Assembly (NCBI GenBank): GCA_051362555.1 | Contig: CM120643.1 | Location: 9,052,001-9,116,000, forward strand | DNA from: Lingula anatina | Taxonomy: Eukaryota > Animalia > Brachiopoda | Length of the DNA stretch: 64,000 nucleotides | Direction of reading: 5' to 3' | Shown here: piece after piece, positions 26,761 to 39,400 of the stretch | How positions within the stretch are numbered: the first letter of the stretch is position 1 | Layout: the number at the start of each line of letters is the position of its first letter | Position numbers and translations under genes: made by a program | The notes under the pieces: model-generated | Seen by the model: the letters and a program-made list of their open reading frames with translations, nothing else | Databases searched by the model: none | What the model was told of the DNA's origin: nothing

Positions 26761-27231
26761 CTGTAGAGAATGATATTTATAAAACTACAAGAATGAAAAA
26801 AAAATTACTCTGTTTAATAATTACATGAAAACTTTTATGGCGAAGAGTGTCACCTGGACACTCGACATGGGGAAAGTAATGATAATTATTCGATAAGGTT
26901 TAAGAAATTATAATAAACGTTAAGAAATTATAATTACGTTATAGCTTTGCAATAACCTTGTATAAGATTCAGGTATAAAAAGTCAAGAAATGGACACTTC
27001 ATACTAATAATTCGGTGAGTGGTGTGAATTAGGGTCGTTAAAGTCTCATTTCAAGAGGTGTTCGTGTGAGCTATTTTTAACGCACACACACGCATACACG
27101 TACGCACACGCGTGCACAAAAAGTAAAACATACCACCCACAAACACAGCCATGAACACACGTGAACACAAACATACACTAATGGACAAAGAAAGAAGATC
27201 AATCAATAAATAAAAAAATAGATAAGACAAA

Positions 27232-27272
<41 letters not shown>

Positions 27273-29845
27273 CGGAAAAGGAGTAATCCAATACTCTTAG
27301 GAAGAACAGGGAACTGTAAGATGTTCATCGTTACGGAATTTTAGGAGGAAGATAACAGTGAGGAAAAACCACAAAGTGGTGACAAATGTATCCTATAACA
27401 AATTAATGCCATAAAAATGCCAGGTAGTCTGATTTATTGATAGGTAAATTTAGCGTGTGAACGGCGCAATAAGTCATATATAAGGGTTATCAGTTAAACG
27501 GAATGATGTCTGAATTAGGCGAGGCGCTGTCCAAGGATATAGTTCAATAATCCACATTATATTTTTATCATAAAGGACACATTTACCTATTTACCAAGTG
27601 ATGTCATGAAACGGTTTCTTTGTTTATCCGAAATAAACCATTCATTTTGGTAAAATATCTTTACGGCTTCGACTTTTGAAAGATTTTAATTTTTTCCCTT
27701 AATTGCATATTGCACACTACATGTCCGAACTTTATTTTCATTGACTCAATCAATGTATATATACAATACTTATATTCCTCGCATTAAAGTAAAAGGGAAA
27801 AAACTCTCCTAAGTGCACCATTAGTTCCGTTATTAGTTGAAAATCTCCACAGGCACAAATTATTTCCACCTTGTTATTTTCGAACGATTAAAAATGAATT
27901 AATTCCACTTGCAGTAGGAAGATATAATTCAAAAACAATGTCACGACTCTACAAATTCGGGGTTTTAACATAGCGCTACTCTTTCCCGCATATTATTATT
28001 ATGTTATGTTATTATATTATGTTAAAACATATGCTTTTTTTCTTTATCTTCATTTCTCTTTTTTATATGACCATCATAAAAATAAGGATTGTCGTAATAA
28101 ATTGCCTTAGCTATGACTTTATCAATAAAGGAAAAAGATGTTTATTTTCAAACGCTACTCGAGGGAGGGGGAGGGTGCAGTTCCGGCTTCTTGTCCTCGA
28201 ACGGATCTTCATCACATAAACATGAAGAGACCCTAAATTGCGATCTAGAGGGCTTGTCACAGGCAAATACAAGCCGATGACCTCTGCAGTGACACTTACG
28301 GTTAGAAGATGTGGTATCGCACGAACGTTACGTTTTAGGCCTAACAGGAAGAGGAGGTCTAAATGTAGAAAAACACGTCGCGGTTCACCTGTCGTGGGAG
28401 TAGGGTCTACTTTATCGTGTTGATTATCCGCCTAAATGTTGGTCTCTCCCTTAATGCTTGCCTCTCCCTCGGAAGGAATATACGTTATGGAAACTGTGTA
28501 ACAAGACAAGCGTGTTCTCACTGAAAATCGCAACAAACATTCACTGTACCAAAACTAATGTAACAGCTTATAAATGTTCAGCTGCAAGCCACCACACCGC
28601 CTTTTAATTAAAGGGCATTAATTATTGTTTGTATTTAATTAAAATTATTCGACTTTTAAATATGACTATCAAACATCAAATTACTATGACACACAGCCAG
28701 GCTTTAATATTGAGATATTTGTTATTGCTTGTAGGCCGATGATATGGAAAAAAACTTATTAACTACAGCAGTATAGGAACGTTGTTGTACCTTTTTAAGG
28801 GAAAAGTTAACGCAAGGGAATAATGATCGTGGGGCATTTTCACCGCTTGTTTGTCCACGCGACCTTTGATGCAAATCATACGCGTAACGACAGGAAGAAA
28901 GGGTAGCTAAATTAAGCTATGGAGTACTTCACGGGTGAGGGAATACGGAAACACTGTCCACTTTATTAATTTTCGTCACGCAAACCTTAGGTATGGTACG
29001 GAGAAATCGACTGTCCAGATTACACATTAGGTGACCCTGGGATTTCATAGAACTTAAAATAGCCGTAAACGGATGCATAGTGGACATATCCAAGTACATG
29101 TATTGAAACGCCCTCATGGTCGAATAAATTTTCTGCGAAATATTTTTTTCCTGATAGAAAAAAATTCGATCAAACGATAAAAAGTGAGTCACCCCCGAGG
29201 CATTTTATTTTCCTAAATTATCTGTTATATACAAAGGTTGATTAAACATGCTTTTGTTGACAAATAAATCTCTTATATTAATTGTATTTGTTTGAACGGA
29301 TATTTTTTGTAATATGTGAATTAAAGCATTGAAATTCAAATAATTGTGATTGCTTTCTGAATGGAAACATTGTGCATTTCTTACAAAAAGGCTTCTCTAC
29401 AAATCATTTTTAAAAGTTAATTTCTAAATTATCATAAATTAAGGTAGCATTTACAACTTTTAATGCTACCTTTTTAAATAAAGCGATAACCAGGGAAAGG
29501 TGTTTAATATTAACTGATTTTGTTACATATTTTGCGCGATGAAATATGGACAATGCGTTTATAGAGTAAGACAAGAACATCATGGTCACCTAATTCTACG
29601 ACCAACCCTTGTATTAATTGCCATCATTCCTTTCCTTTCCCTAATCGTGGACGCATAATTGTGCTTTTAATGCAGTAAGAGTTATAAAGCCATTAAAACA
29701 AAAATGCACTTCCTTATGGGGCGTGCTGTTTTGAAATTCATACATAATTGTTTCGGCGAACCTCGCTGAATATGAAGAAGGCTTGTCATTACGCGGTTTT
29801 CCTTTTAAACGTATGAGGAAATTCATCTTCTCAGTCAGGTGAAAT

Positions 29846-29879
29846 GATTGGTTAAGCCGTGACAGAAAAAGTATAAAAA
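29846..29879 (+). promoter_or_regulatory. Candidate VWA core promoter (reverse CCAAT box + TATA box)
   Basis: GATTGG at 29846 and TATAAAAA at 29872, ~70 nt before the ATG. The position is conserved in the paralogs (TATATAAA at 36385 and 61648). Confidence 0.55.
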
Positions 29880-29943
29880 GGCATTCGCGAGTCAACAGCA
29901 CACGATAACCAAGATATAAACAAGAAATAAGAGAGAAATAGAG

Positions 29944-30174
29944 ATGCAGACAATGAAAGCGTTCGTGGTTCTTGTTGCCGTATTTGCAATTGAGCAAGGT
30001 AAGACAATATGAATCTTAAATAATTAGTTAGCCTGTCTTAACCCATTTGTTGTTATTGCAGTAATAAATACAGTTCACAATGTTTTTCGGACTATTTGTA
30101 GATACATGCACTTACACACGATTTTAATAGCAACTCTCATATACTCTCTCTCATTTTCTCTCTCTCTCTCTCCC

Positions 30175-30224
<50 letters not shown>

Positions 30225-30551
30225 GCACACTGACTAAAAACAGCGAGAAATCATAGATACCTAATCCAACATGTTGTATAATGGTATATGCTTTCTTTCA
30301 CAGCATCGGCGGCAGTGAATACAAATACTCTTGCCAGAGCATTACACAATAAGCTATCCAGTCTTCTGAAGCCCGAGCTTGTGTTTCCCCCGGTACCGCC
30401 AGGGGGTAACTTTAAAGTTCTACCGAAACCTGTGACGCCCAAGCTTGACTTTCTTCTTGTACTGGACAGCAGCGGGAGCATTACTGCCACGCATTTTGAA
30501 GCGGCAAAGGACGCGTGCGAGGTAATTTTTGATACATGTGTATGTATACAG

Positions 30552-30584
<33 letters not shown>

Positions 30585-32047
30585 GTATTTTTACAGGTAT
30601 AAACATTTTCACTAAGAGGTACCACACAACGATCGAAAATGAATTTTTGCGGACAGGTCAATCATATGAAGTAAAAATAATAATAAGAGAAGTTACTTAG
30701 TCTAGCATTGAAAACATGACTTTTACCTTTGAAAGTAACTACATGAGAAATTATCATTCACCTCCTCTTTCATCATCATTATTATTAGTTGTCTTCTGTA
30801 GTTATACAAAATATCCTATACATTTTACGCCACAATTAAGCATTTCACAACTGTCTTTTTTTTTCAATGCGCTATACTTATTATTCAGATTCTAGTAGAC
30901 TACATTCACGGCCAGTCACCGTTTGGAATGTATGGATCACGGGCCGGTCTCATCGAGTACTCCACCCAGAGCAAAACCCACGTTGAGTTTTCATTCGGCG
31001 ACTACAATACTGTCAGTTCTATCAAAAGCAGGATCAATCAAGTAAATTTTGATAACGGTAGGGCACGTTTTAATTCTCTCTCTCTCTCCCCACTTAGAAT
31101 ATTTTAAATGCCACTATTTTTGCAGTCCTCGCAATAGTGCTTGGAAAGTTATCATAATTGTAGACATCGCAGACCTCGTGTTGCGTGTTGGATCATCCTA
31201 ATTCAATAACTTTGCTTCATAACTTATCTTACCATTTGGAAAGGTGAGAACTTCTGACGTGATTTACAACGGAATCTATTTCAGGCGGCGCCACTGCAAC
31301 GGGCCCCGCACTACAGTTGGCTAAAACGGAACTGGATGTCAAAGGTCGCCCAGGCAACGTGGGAGTGGTGTGGGTAATCACAGACGGCAAATCAAACTCC
31401 GGAGTGAAACCTAAAATACCCGCCGATATTCTCAGGGCAAATGGTAAAGAAATTAGCCTCATTTTTGCTTAGTTACAAGGATAGTTATGAAGTCATTGTT
31501 GTAGCTCCAGTATCAATGTTTCAAGGAATCTCCTTCCCATTTAGTGTATCTATCTACTTATAATCTAGCAGTTACCAAATTTGCATTTTCATATCTTGCT
31601 TGTACCCCTTTTCATCAAGTTTGTGGTAAATGAAATATTCCATACATAAAAAAAACACATTTTTACATGTATGAGATGGTCTTATACTCGAAAGCTGTCA
31701 TGCTTTTGCACTGGGTTTGCTTAATTCGTCGATTGCACACCATGGTATATTTTGGCAACTATATTTATATTATTTTTCCCCGCTTACGTCAAAATTATAT
31801 CAAGTGGCCTGAAGTCACTACATTTATAAAACACTTCCAAAATTTTGTTACAGGTGTCACGGTTTGTGTTGTTGGCGTAGGCAATTCCGTCAACGCCGTG
31901 GAGCTCAATCAGATCGGGGACAGCGGCTGCGTCTACCGAGCAGACTCGTTCGCTCAGTTGAAGACGGCAGCCAGAATGGCTTACAACCTGAGCCAACCCC
32001 GCCTGAGTTCCGGTTTCTTCAACAACCTCTCATTCAAGCGTGTTTAA
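29944..32047 (+). CDS. Secreted single von Willebrand factor A domain protein, copy 1 (5 exons, ~264 aa)
   Basis: Exons 29944-29998 (signal peptide MQTMKAFVVLVAVFAIEQ/ASA), 30304-30521, 30889-31057, 31285-31443 and 31854-32047. VWA motifs: LDFLLVLDSSGSI (DxSxS), RAGLIEYS, GGATATGPAL, VWVITDGKSN, VCVVGVG. Confidence 0.9.
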
Positions 32048-32396
32048 TGAAAACGTTTTGCGATTTCGATGCAATCATTCGAAAAACACGTAGCTTAGCT
32101 TTGCACTGTACATTCCCCAACATTTATTTTGATCACTTGGATAATCATGCAAACAAGATGGATTTGTATTTTAGCAAAGTCTATTGAGAAAATATTATTC
32201 TGACTGTGAGAAAAACATAAGCAGTAGGATTTTTTATTTATTGGAATGGTTCGTTAGACATTAAGGAAACAATACTCTGATTTATCATTCATTAATTTTA
32301 TCTGTTATTTTAATGCACAAGTGTGTATGTATTTTCTCAGTGTGCTTTTGAAAGATCTCTTTTGTTTCATTTATGTTATATCGTGTCACTTTTGAC

Positions 32397-32402
32397 AATA
32401 AA
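32397..32402 (+). terminator. Polyadenylation signal of VWA copy 1 (paralogous sites 40912, 45961, 56736)
   Basis: AATAAA in the invariant context tttgacAATAAAaatgtgc, ~350 nt after the stop in copies 1-3. Confidence 0.55.
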
Positions 32403-32537
32403 AATGTGCTAACTGATGAAGTAGAACTTTGAATATTCTATACACATAGAAAATCAATCGAGGCGACATGGGGGTTGATAATTTAAGGAAACTCAGGACA
32501 AAGTTAAACGTGTTCAGCGAAAGGTCGATTTATAATA

Positions 32538-33940
32538 CAGACTTGATATTTAATAAGGAATATTTTTTCTAAACCATATTTTGTCAGTTTTTTCCTACTT
32601 CGCTGACTGATAAATGAAAATAAAGATTGAAATAGTGTTTTAATAACTTTTAATAATATCTTTGATGTCATGGTGACATCACCTAATTAATTGAATTCGC
32701 CAGTGAAGCAACCAAAAATACATTGCCTATTCTAAGTCATACGACAACCATTGAAATCGATATTTTGGATCTCCATATTTTAGCGTCTTTACAAGAGTTA
32801 CACGTCACACAAAGGACCTTCATGTCAATGTCTTGTCACAGCAAAGGTCGCTGTTACGCGTGACCTCATCTGGCTGCTACCAGAGCTTTCAAGCAGCAAG
32901 GCATTCCTTCGGATAGGTTTTTAGAGTTTAATCTGGAATAAAATTTGTCTAATTTGGTTCAGTATTGTTGCAGGTCGTTGATTTGGCGAGAAATGACCTA
33001 CCCAAATATTGTCTAAGACGATGTGGCTCAGAAATGGCGATTTTGATGACCAAGGTAGCTGCTCATTCCCCAATGTGCACCAATGTGGTACCCACTCCAA
33101 ATACTGACGCTATTAATGACCCTTGTCACTTAAGAAGCGGCAGACGCTTATTCGTGGGCCTATTCAGGATGTCAGTAAACTCTGTTTTGACTAGATGAGC
33201 AGTACAGATCAAAGCTGACATCAATAACGAAAGCCACGCGGTTTCAGTTAATCATTAGAGAAAGAATCGGCACTGTTTTGCTGTATATAGTAGCTTCCTC
33301 AGAGGCCGTCTGGGATCCTAACCTGCTATAACCAGTTTGGTGTTTGCTGAGAGCCTTGAAAACGAGTTTTGGAGGAAATTTGCCCTTTATTCTAAACGGA
33401 CTGGATGTTTTTTGTTTAGTTGCAGCAGCATATCCCGAAGAACAGTGAGTCCTGTACCCTGGTGATAAGATTTCGATACATTGGGCGTGACCTCTGGTAC
33501 ACCAGTCTGGGCATAACTGTATAAAGCTGTGCGGACCGTTCCGTGTGTCTGGCAATGCCTGTCTTTTTCGCGCCATTCTGGTACAGCTTAACAATTTTGC
33601 AAAAAGCTGCTTAACTCATTTTACTCACTGCAAAACCGACCACTTGCATGCAAAATTTCAAATTCTTCGATGCAGTAGATGCCGACATATGGATACTTTT
33701 TTGACAGAACCGTGCTTTGTCAAAGTCAAGCTTTGACCAGCCCAAAAGAGCACTACTCAATTAAATCACTGCCTAATACACAATGCAGAAGTGCAACAGA
33801 CATGGTAGGTAGTTAATTAGTAGCGACACACCTGACATCACACTTCTTCAGTCATATATCTTATATGAGATCTGAGTTAAAAAAAAAAAAAGAACGCATT
33901 TTTACCAAACTGAAATATTCCATATTAAATGTCAAGTCGG
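32538..33940 (-). mobile_element. Tc1 family 1, internally deleted copy downstream of VWA copy 1
   Basis: Both TIRs present with TA flanks; the interior is the reverse complement of 24861-26521. Confidence 0.88.
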
Positions 33941-35160
33941 TATTTACGGTTGCATCTCCTAACCCGTTCACTTGTCGCTTTAATTTTAACCCCTCCTCTT
34001 ATGGCGAACACGTTCGAAGCAGGATGGTAATAATTCATTTCATAAGAATTGCTACACAAAAGCAAATAAATATTCTTACGTTTATGACCTTCACGACCTA
34101 CAATCTTCCACGTCTGCAGCAAAAGGTACAACCTAGCACCATAAAGTATGTTACCGAGATCGATACCTGTTCATATATTCATCAGCTCTCTCTCCATCTC
34201 TCTCCCTTTTTAACACACACACACACACACGCACATACGCGCGCACGCACACCCGCGCACAAACAAACACTTAAATATCCTCGCGCATATCAAGAGCGTG
34301 TGCACGGCGCAATATGTCATATATATGGGTTATCAGTTAAGCAGTCGGTTACTGGGAGAATACGGAATGATGTGGGGGTCCATGTCAAATGTCTGTTTTG
34401 GGTGAGGCGCTGTCCAAGGATATAGTTCAATAATCCACATAATTTTTTTTATCATATATGACACATTTATCTATTTACCAAGTGATGCGGTGAAACGGTT
34501 TCCTTTTTTATCCGAAATAAATCTTAATGGTTTCGGCTTTTAAAAGATTTTTATTTTTCCGATATACATATTGTAAACTACATGCCGTACTTTATTTTCA
34601 TTGACTCAATCAATGTATAAATATTCAATACTCCTTTTCCTGACATTATAGTTAAAGGGAAAAACTGCCAGGTGCACCATTTGTTCCGTTACTAGTTATG
34701 AATCTCCACAGGCGCATAATATTTCCATCTTGTTACTTTCGGACGATTAAAAATTAATTAATTCTACTTGAAGTAGGAAGATATAATCCAGAAACAATGT
34801 CACGATTCTACATGTTCGGGATTTAAATGTAGCACTACTCTTTTCCGCATAGCAACTATATATACATTTAATGTTGAAACATTTGCTTTTTCTTTATCTT
34901 CATTTCTTCTTTTCTTTTCTATGGCCATTGTCAAAGTAGAGATTGTCATAATAAAATGTCTGAATTTGACTTTATTAATAAAGAAAAGGATGCTTATTTT
35001 CAAATGCTACTTGGGGAAGGGGGGAAGGTGTAGTTCCGGCTTCTTGTCTTTGAAAAGATCTTCATAAACATGAAGCTTAAACATAAACTTGAGGAGACAC
35101 TAAATCGTGATATAGAAGGCTTGTTACAGGCAAATACAAGCCAATGACTTCTGTAGTGAC

Positions 35161-35490
35161 CACTAGTGAGCCTTAGCAATTAGGCAATTAGCACTTTCTT
35201 GACAAAAGACCACCCTTTGCTACTCACACAATGGCCCTCTTCTTGATTTGATTGAATTGGCTGCTACCTTCACCTGGCTGGCTGGGAAGTCTGTCCAAAT
35301 TTGGACTGAATGTATGAGGGGAGATCATTGCTTTAGCACTTCAGTTGAAGTCAGGCTAATTATAGTCTTAATCACTGGAGTTTCAGTTCGTTTTTAGTCT
35401 TAAGATCACCTCCTTACTTAATCTTTAGGACCGCGACAATCCAGTTTTGGTCTTAAATTACACTTCAAGACCAACTCAGGCGCACTAGTA
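35161..35490. mobile_element. CACTA-type non-autonomous element with 3-bp GAC TSD
   Basis: Termini CACTAGTG(A/C)GCCT...AGGCGCACTAGT(A/G) with GAC on both sides; the empty site cagt-gac-acttacggttagaagatg is at 28287-28310. Confidence 0.82.
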
Positions 35491-36460
35491 GACTCTTACT
35501 GTTAGAAGATGTGGTATAACACGAACGTTGATAACACATCAAGCTGACCCTGGGATTTCATAAAACTTAAAATAGCCGTAAACGGATGAATATAGGACAT
35601 ATCCAAGGGCACGAACTTAAACACTCTCGTGTTAGGATGAATTTTCCTGCGAAACGTTTTTTCCTGATAAAAAAAATCGACCAAACGATAAAAAGTAAGA
35701 CACATACGTGGCATTTTCTTTCCTAAATTCTTTGTATACAAATAAACATGATTTTGGTGACAAATATATATCTGATGTTAATTGTATCCGTTTGAACAGA
35801 TATTATTTTCTAAAATGTGAATTATAGCTAATGAAATTTATAAAGCTACTGAAATTAATGATTGCTTTCTGAATGGAAACATTGTGCATTTCTTACAAAA
35901 AGGCTACTCTACAAATAATTTTTAAAGTAAATCTGTAACTTATCGTAAATAAATAACAGTATCCTTTAACTCAAAGTGAAATTTTGATGCAACTTTTTTC
36001 AATAAGGTGATAACCAGGGAAAGGTGTTAAATGTTAACTGATTTTGTAAATTAACCATTGCGCGATGAAATTTGGACAATGTGTTTACAGAGTTAGACCA
36101 AAACATTATGGTCGACTAATTCTACGACCAACCCTTCTATTAATTGCCATTATTCCTTTCCTTTCCTTAATCGTGGACGCGTCATTGTGTTTTACATGCA
36201 GTAAGAGTTATAAAGCCATTAAAACGAAAATAAACTACTTTATGGTATTTCGAAATTTATACATAATTGCTTCGGCGAACCGCGCTGAATATGAAGAAGG
36301 CTTGTGTTTACGCGGTTTTCCTTTTAAAAGTAAGAGGAAATTTATCTTCAGGTGAAAAATTTTGTTAAGCCGTGATAGAAAAAGTATATAAAGGGAGTAG
36401 CGAGTCGACAGCACACGATAACCAAGATATAAAGAAAAAATAACCAAGAGAGAAACCGAG

Positions 36461-39400
36461 ATGCAGACGATGAAAGTGTTCGTGGTTTTTGTTGCCGTAT
36501 TCGCGATTGAGCAAGGTAAGGCAATATGAATCTTAAAAAATTAGTTAGCCTGTCGTAACCCGATCATTGTTATTACAGTGATAAATACAGTTCACAGTGT
36601 TTTTTTCGGACTTTTGGTAAATACATGCACTTACGCATGATTTTAATAGCAACTGACATATACTCTCTCTCATTCTCTCTCTCTCTCTCTCTCTCTTTCT
36701 CACACACACTCACTATAAAAACAGCGATTTAACATAGATACTGTATCTAATCCAACATGTTGTATAATGGAATAATTATGCTTTCTTTCACAGCATCGGC
36801 GGCAGTAAATACAAATGAGCTTGCCAAAGCATTACACAATAAGCTATCCAGTATTCTGGAGCCCGATCTTATGTTTGCCCCGGCACCGCCTGGGAGTAAC
36901 TTTAAAGTTCGACCCCAGCCTGTGTCGCCCAAGCTTGATTTTCTTCTTGTTGTCGACAGCAGCGGGAGCATTACTGCCGAGCATTTTGAATGGGTAAAAG
37001 ACAATAGCAAGGTAATGTTTGTAAACACACGCACCCTCATGTACGCGTGCCCACACATGCACAAAAACGCACAAACACATACATTTACATTTATATAATC
37101 TTTTCACTAAGAAATACCACACGGAAATCTAAAATTATTTTTCCGCATTAGTTCATCTTATATAGTAGAAAAATAATTAACGTAGGTACTTGGACCAGCA
37201 CTAATAACACGTCTTTTAGACCCCATTTCCAGAGATTAGATCGATCTACTTTAGATCGACCTAACTCCCTGGGGGTTCACGCTAAATAGCTGTCAGCCGA
37301 GCGGACACGAAAGTTAATTACCCCCTTACAGCTTGTAGTAGGCGGGACATACATTTAAGCCTATTATCTGGCAGTAATCTAGTGAGACTCCCCGCGGGGA
37401 TAGATCGATCTAAAAGCTCTGGGAATACAGCCTTACTTTTCAAATCAGTCACTCAAAGTAGCTACATTTTCATGAAACAATCAGTCCTCCTCGTCTTTCA
37501 ACATCATTATTATCATTAATTGTCATACAAAACACCGGTACATGTAACGCCTCAATTAAGCGTTACACAAGTGTATTTTACCTAATTTTTTCACTATGAC
37601 GTACATATCATTCAGGTTCTAGTAGATTACATTCACGGTCAATCTCCGATTGGGAAGTATGGATCACGGGTCGGACTCATCGAGTACTCCACCCAATGCA
37701 AAACCCACGTGGAATTTTCATTCTGCGACTACAACACTGTCAGTACTATAAAAAACCGGATCAGTCAAGTGAAGTTTGATAACGGTAGGACAGGTTTTAA
37801 TTCTCTATAAATACTTAATATGGAATATTTTTTATCATTGTTATTTTTGAGTGCTGATTAAATTTTTTTTGACTTGATTCACCAAAAAAGTATGTCATTG
37901 AGTGATAAAAATATCCAGTCTTCTATTGTGAGATATTTTGGTAAAAAATATCAAATCTGACATAAGATGTCATTCAAAAGAAAAGAACACCCCAGAAAAC
38001 CATATCAACAGTTTGATGCCAGTATTAATTTTAAGCTAAGATATTAAAGAAAATGATAGCCTCCGGACAGTGATATCTAATACAGTCAAAAAAATTATTA
38101 CAGTAAATCATGAAAAGTCATTAATAGCGGGCGTGACCTCCAGCAGCCGCTTCATCGCCCTCATCCTACATTGCATACCCTGTGACAAGTTTTTTAGAGT
38201 TTGGATGGGGATATCATTCCACGCAGTGATATTTGCATGTCGAAGTTCATCACCATTTACCGGCCGATGACCATAGCTGTTAATTTTGTGAGTTATTTCC
38301 GCACACAGATTTTCAATTGGGTTCATATCTGGAGAATTTGCAGGCCAGGGGAGTTGCAGAACCCATTGGTTTTGAAGAAGAAATCAGTGATTCTGTTAGC
38401 TCGATGTGGGGTTGCGCAGTCGTCTTGGCACACAAAGTTGTTCCTGAAGATGACCCTTACAAATTAAAGCATTGTTGTCTGTAGAATGTCTCTGTAGGAA
38501 CCCTGGTTGAGGTTGCCTCCTAGAAAAACCAACTGGTTCTGGGCACCGGCATGAAATGCTCCCTAAAGAGAGATGTTACCACCCCCTGCTTGCACCCTAG
38601 GCAGTACACAATCATCGTTTAAGCCTCTTGTACACGTCGGAGGACAGAGATTCGACCGTCAACCCTAAAAACTCCATATCCGGCCTCATCACCGAAAACG
38701 ACGTGATTCCAGTCTTTTGGCTGCAAATGCACGTGGTCAACAGCCCATTGCAGACGTTGCCGTATATGACCTGCTGTTAACAGTGGTTTCCCTACTGGTC
38801 GTTGTGCAAAATAACCGGCTTGTAGTAATTTCTTGTGAATTCCATGAAACGGTCGTTTGAATGTCATTCTGCCACTCTTTTCTGAGGACACTGGTTGTCT
38901 TTGTACGACCAGCACGGCGCACTCTAAAGAGAAGGCGATCCTGTCTTCTTGTTGTGATACGCGAACACCCTGGTCGAGGTATTGGAGTAGGTGCCCCCGT
39001 TGTAGCGTTTCTTTTGAGGACTTTACTAACGGTTCCCGATAAATGATGCATTGCCTGGCAATGGCTGTCCATTTCTTGTCAATTTCTCTGAGAGCAAAAA
39101 TCCCATAGTAAGCTGCGTTGCTTAGCTGTCGAACCATATCTTCTCTAAGGCACCTGGCAAGTTTCAGAGCGACCCCTTTGTTGCTTCTCTAAATACACTC
39201 CAAAGATTGGCCAAACCCATGTGTTTTTATACATGGGCAGAAATTGCCGAAAAGACCACCCCTCACATTACTGATCTGCATGCACCAATTGTTTCGAGAG
39301 TTGTGTGGTAATAAGGTAACACACCTGGCTACACATGGAGTGACACCTTAGTATTTTGTAGAAAATTTACTCGCCAAAAATAATATTCCATATTAAGTAG

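Noticed and set aside
27134-27177. 44-nt candidate first exon (MAVFVG, phase 1) for the CUB gene
   Set aside because: Splice sites are plausible, but it lies in degenerate TG-rich sequence and gives no proper signal peptide; kept only as an alternative.
28148-28330. Cys-rich minus-strand frame RSCDTTSSNRKCHCRGHRLVFACDKP..CLCDEDPF
   Set aside because: It has an in-frame stop just upstream, no start codon and no recognisable domain, and the paralog at ~35.0-35.5 kb carries indels and a transposon insertion.
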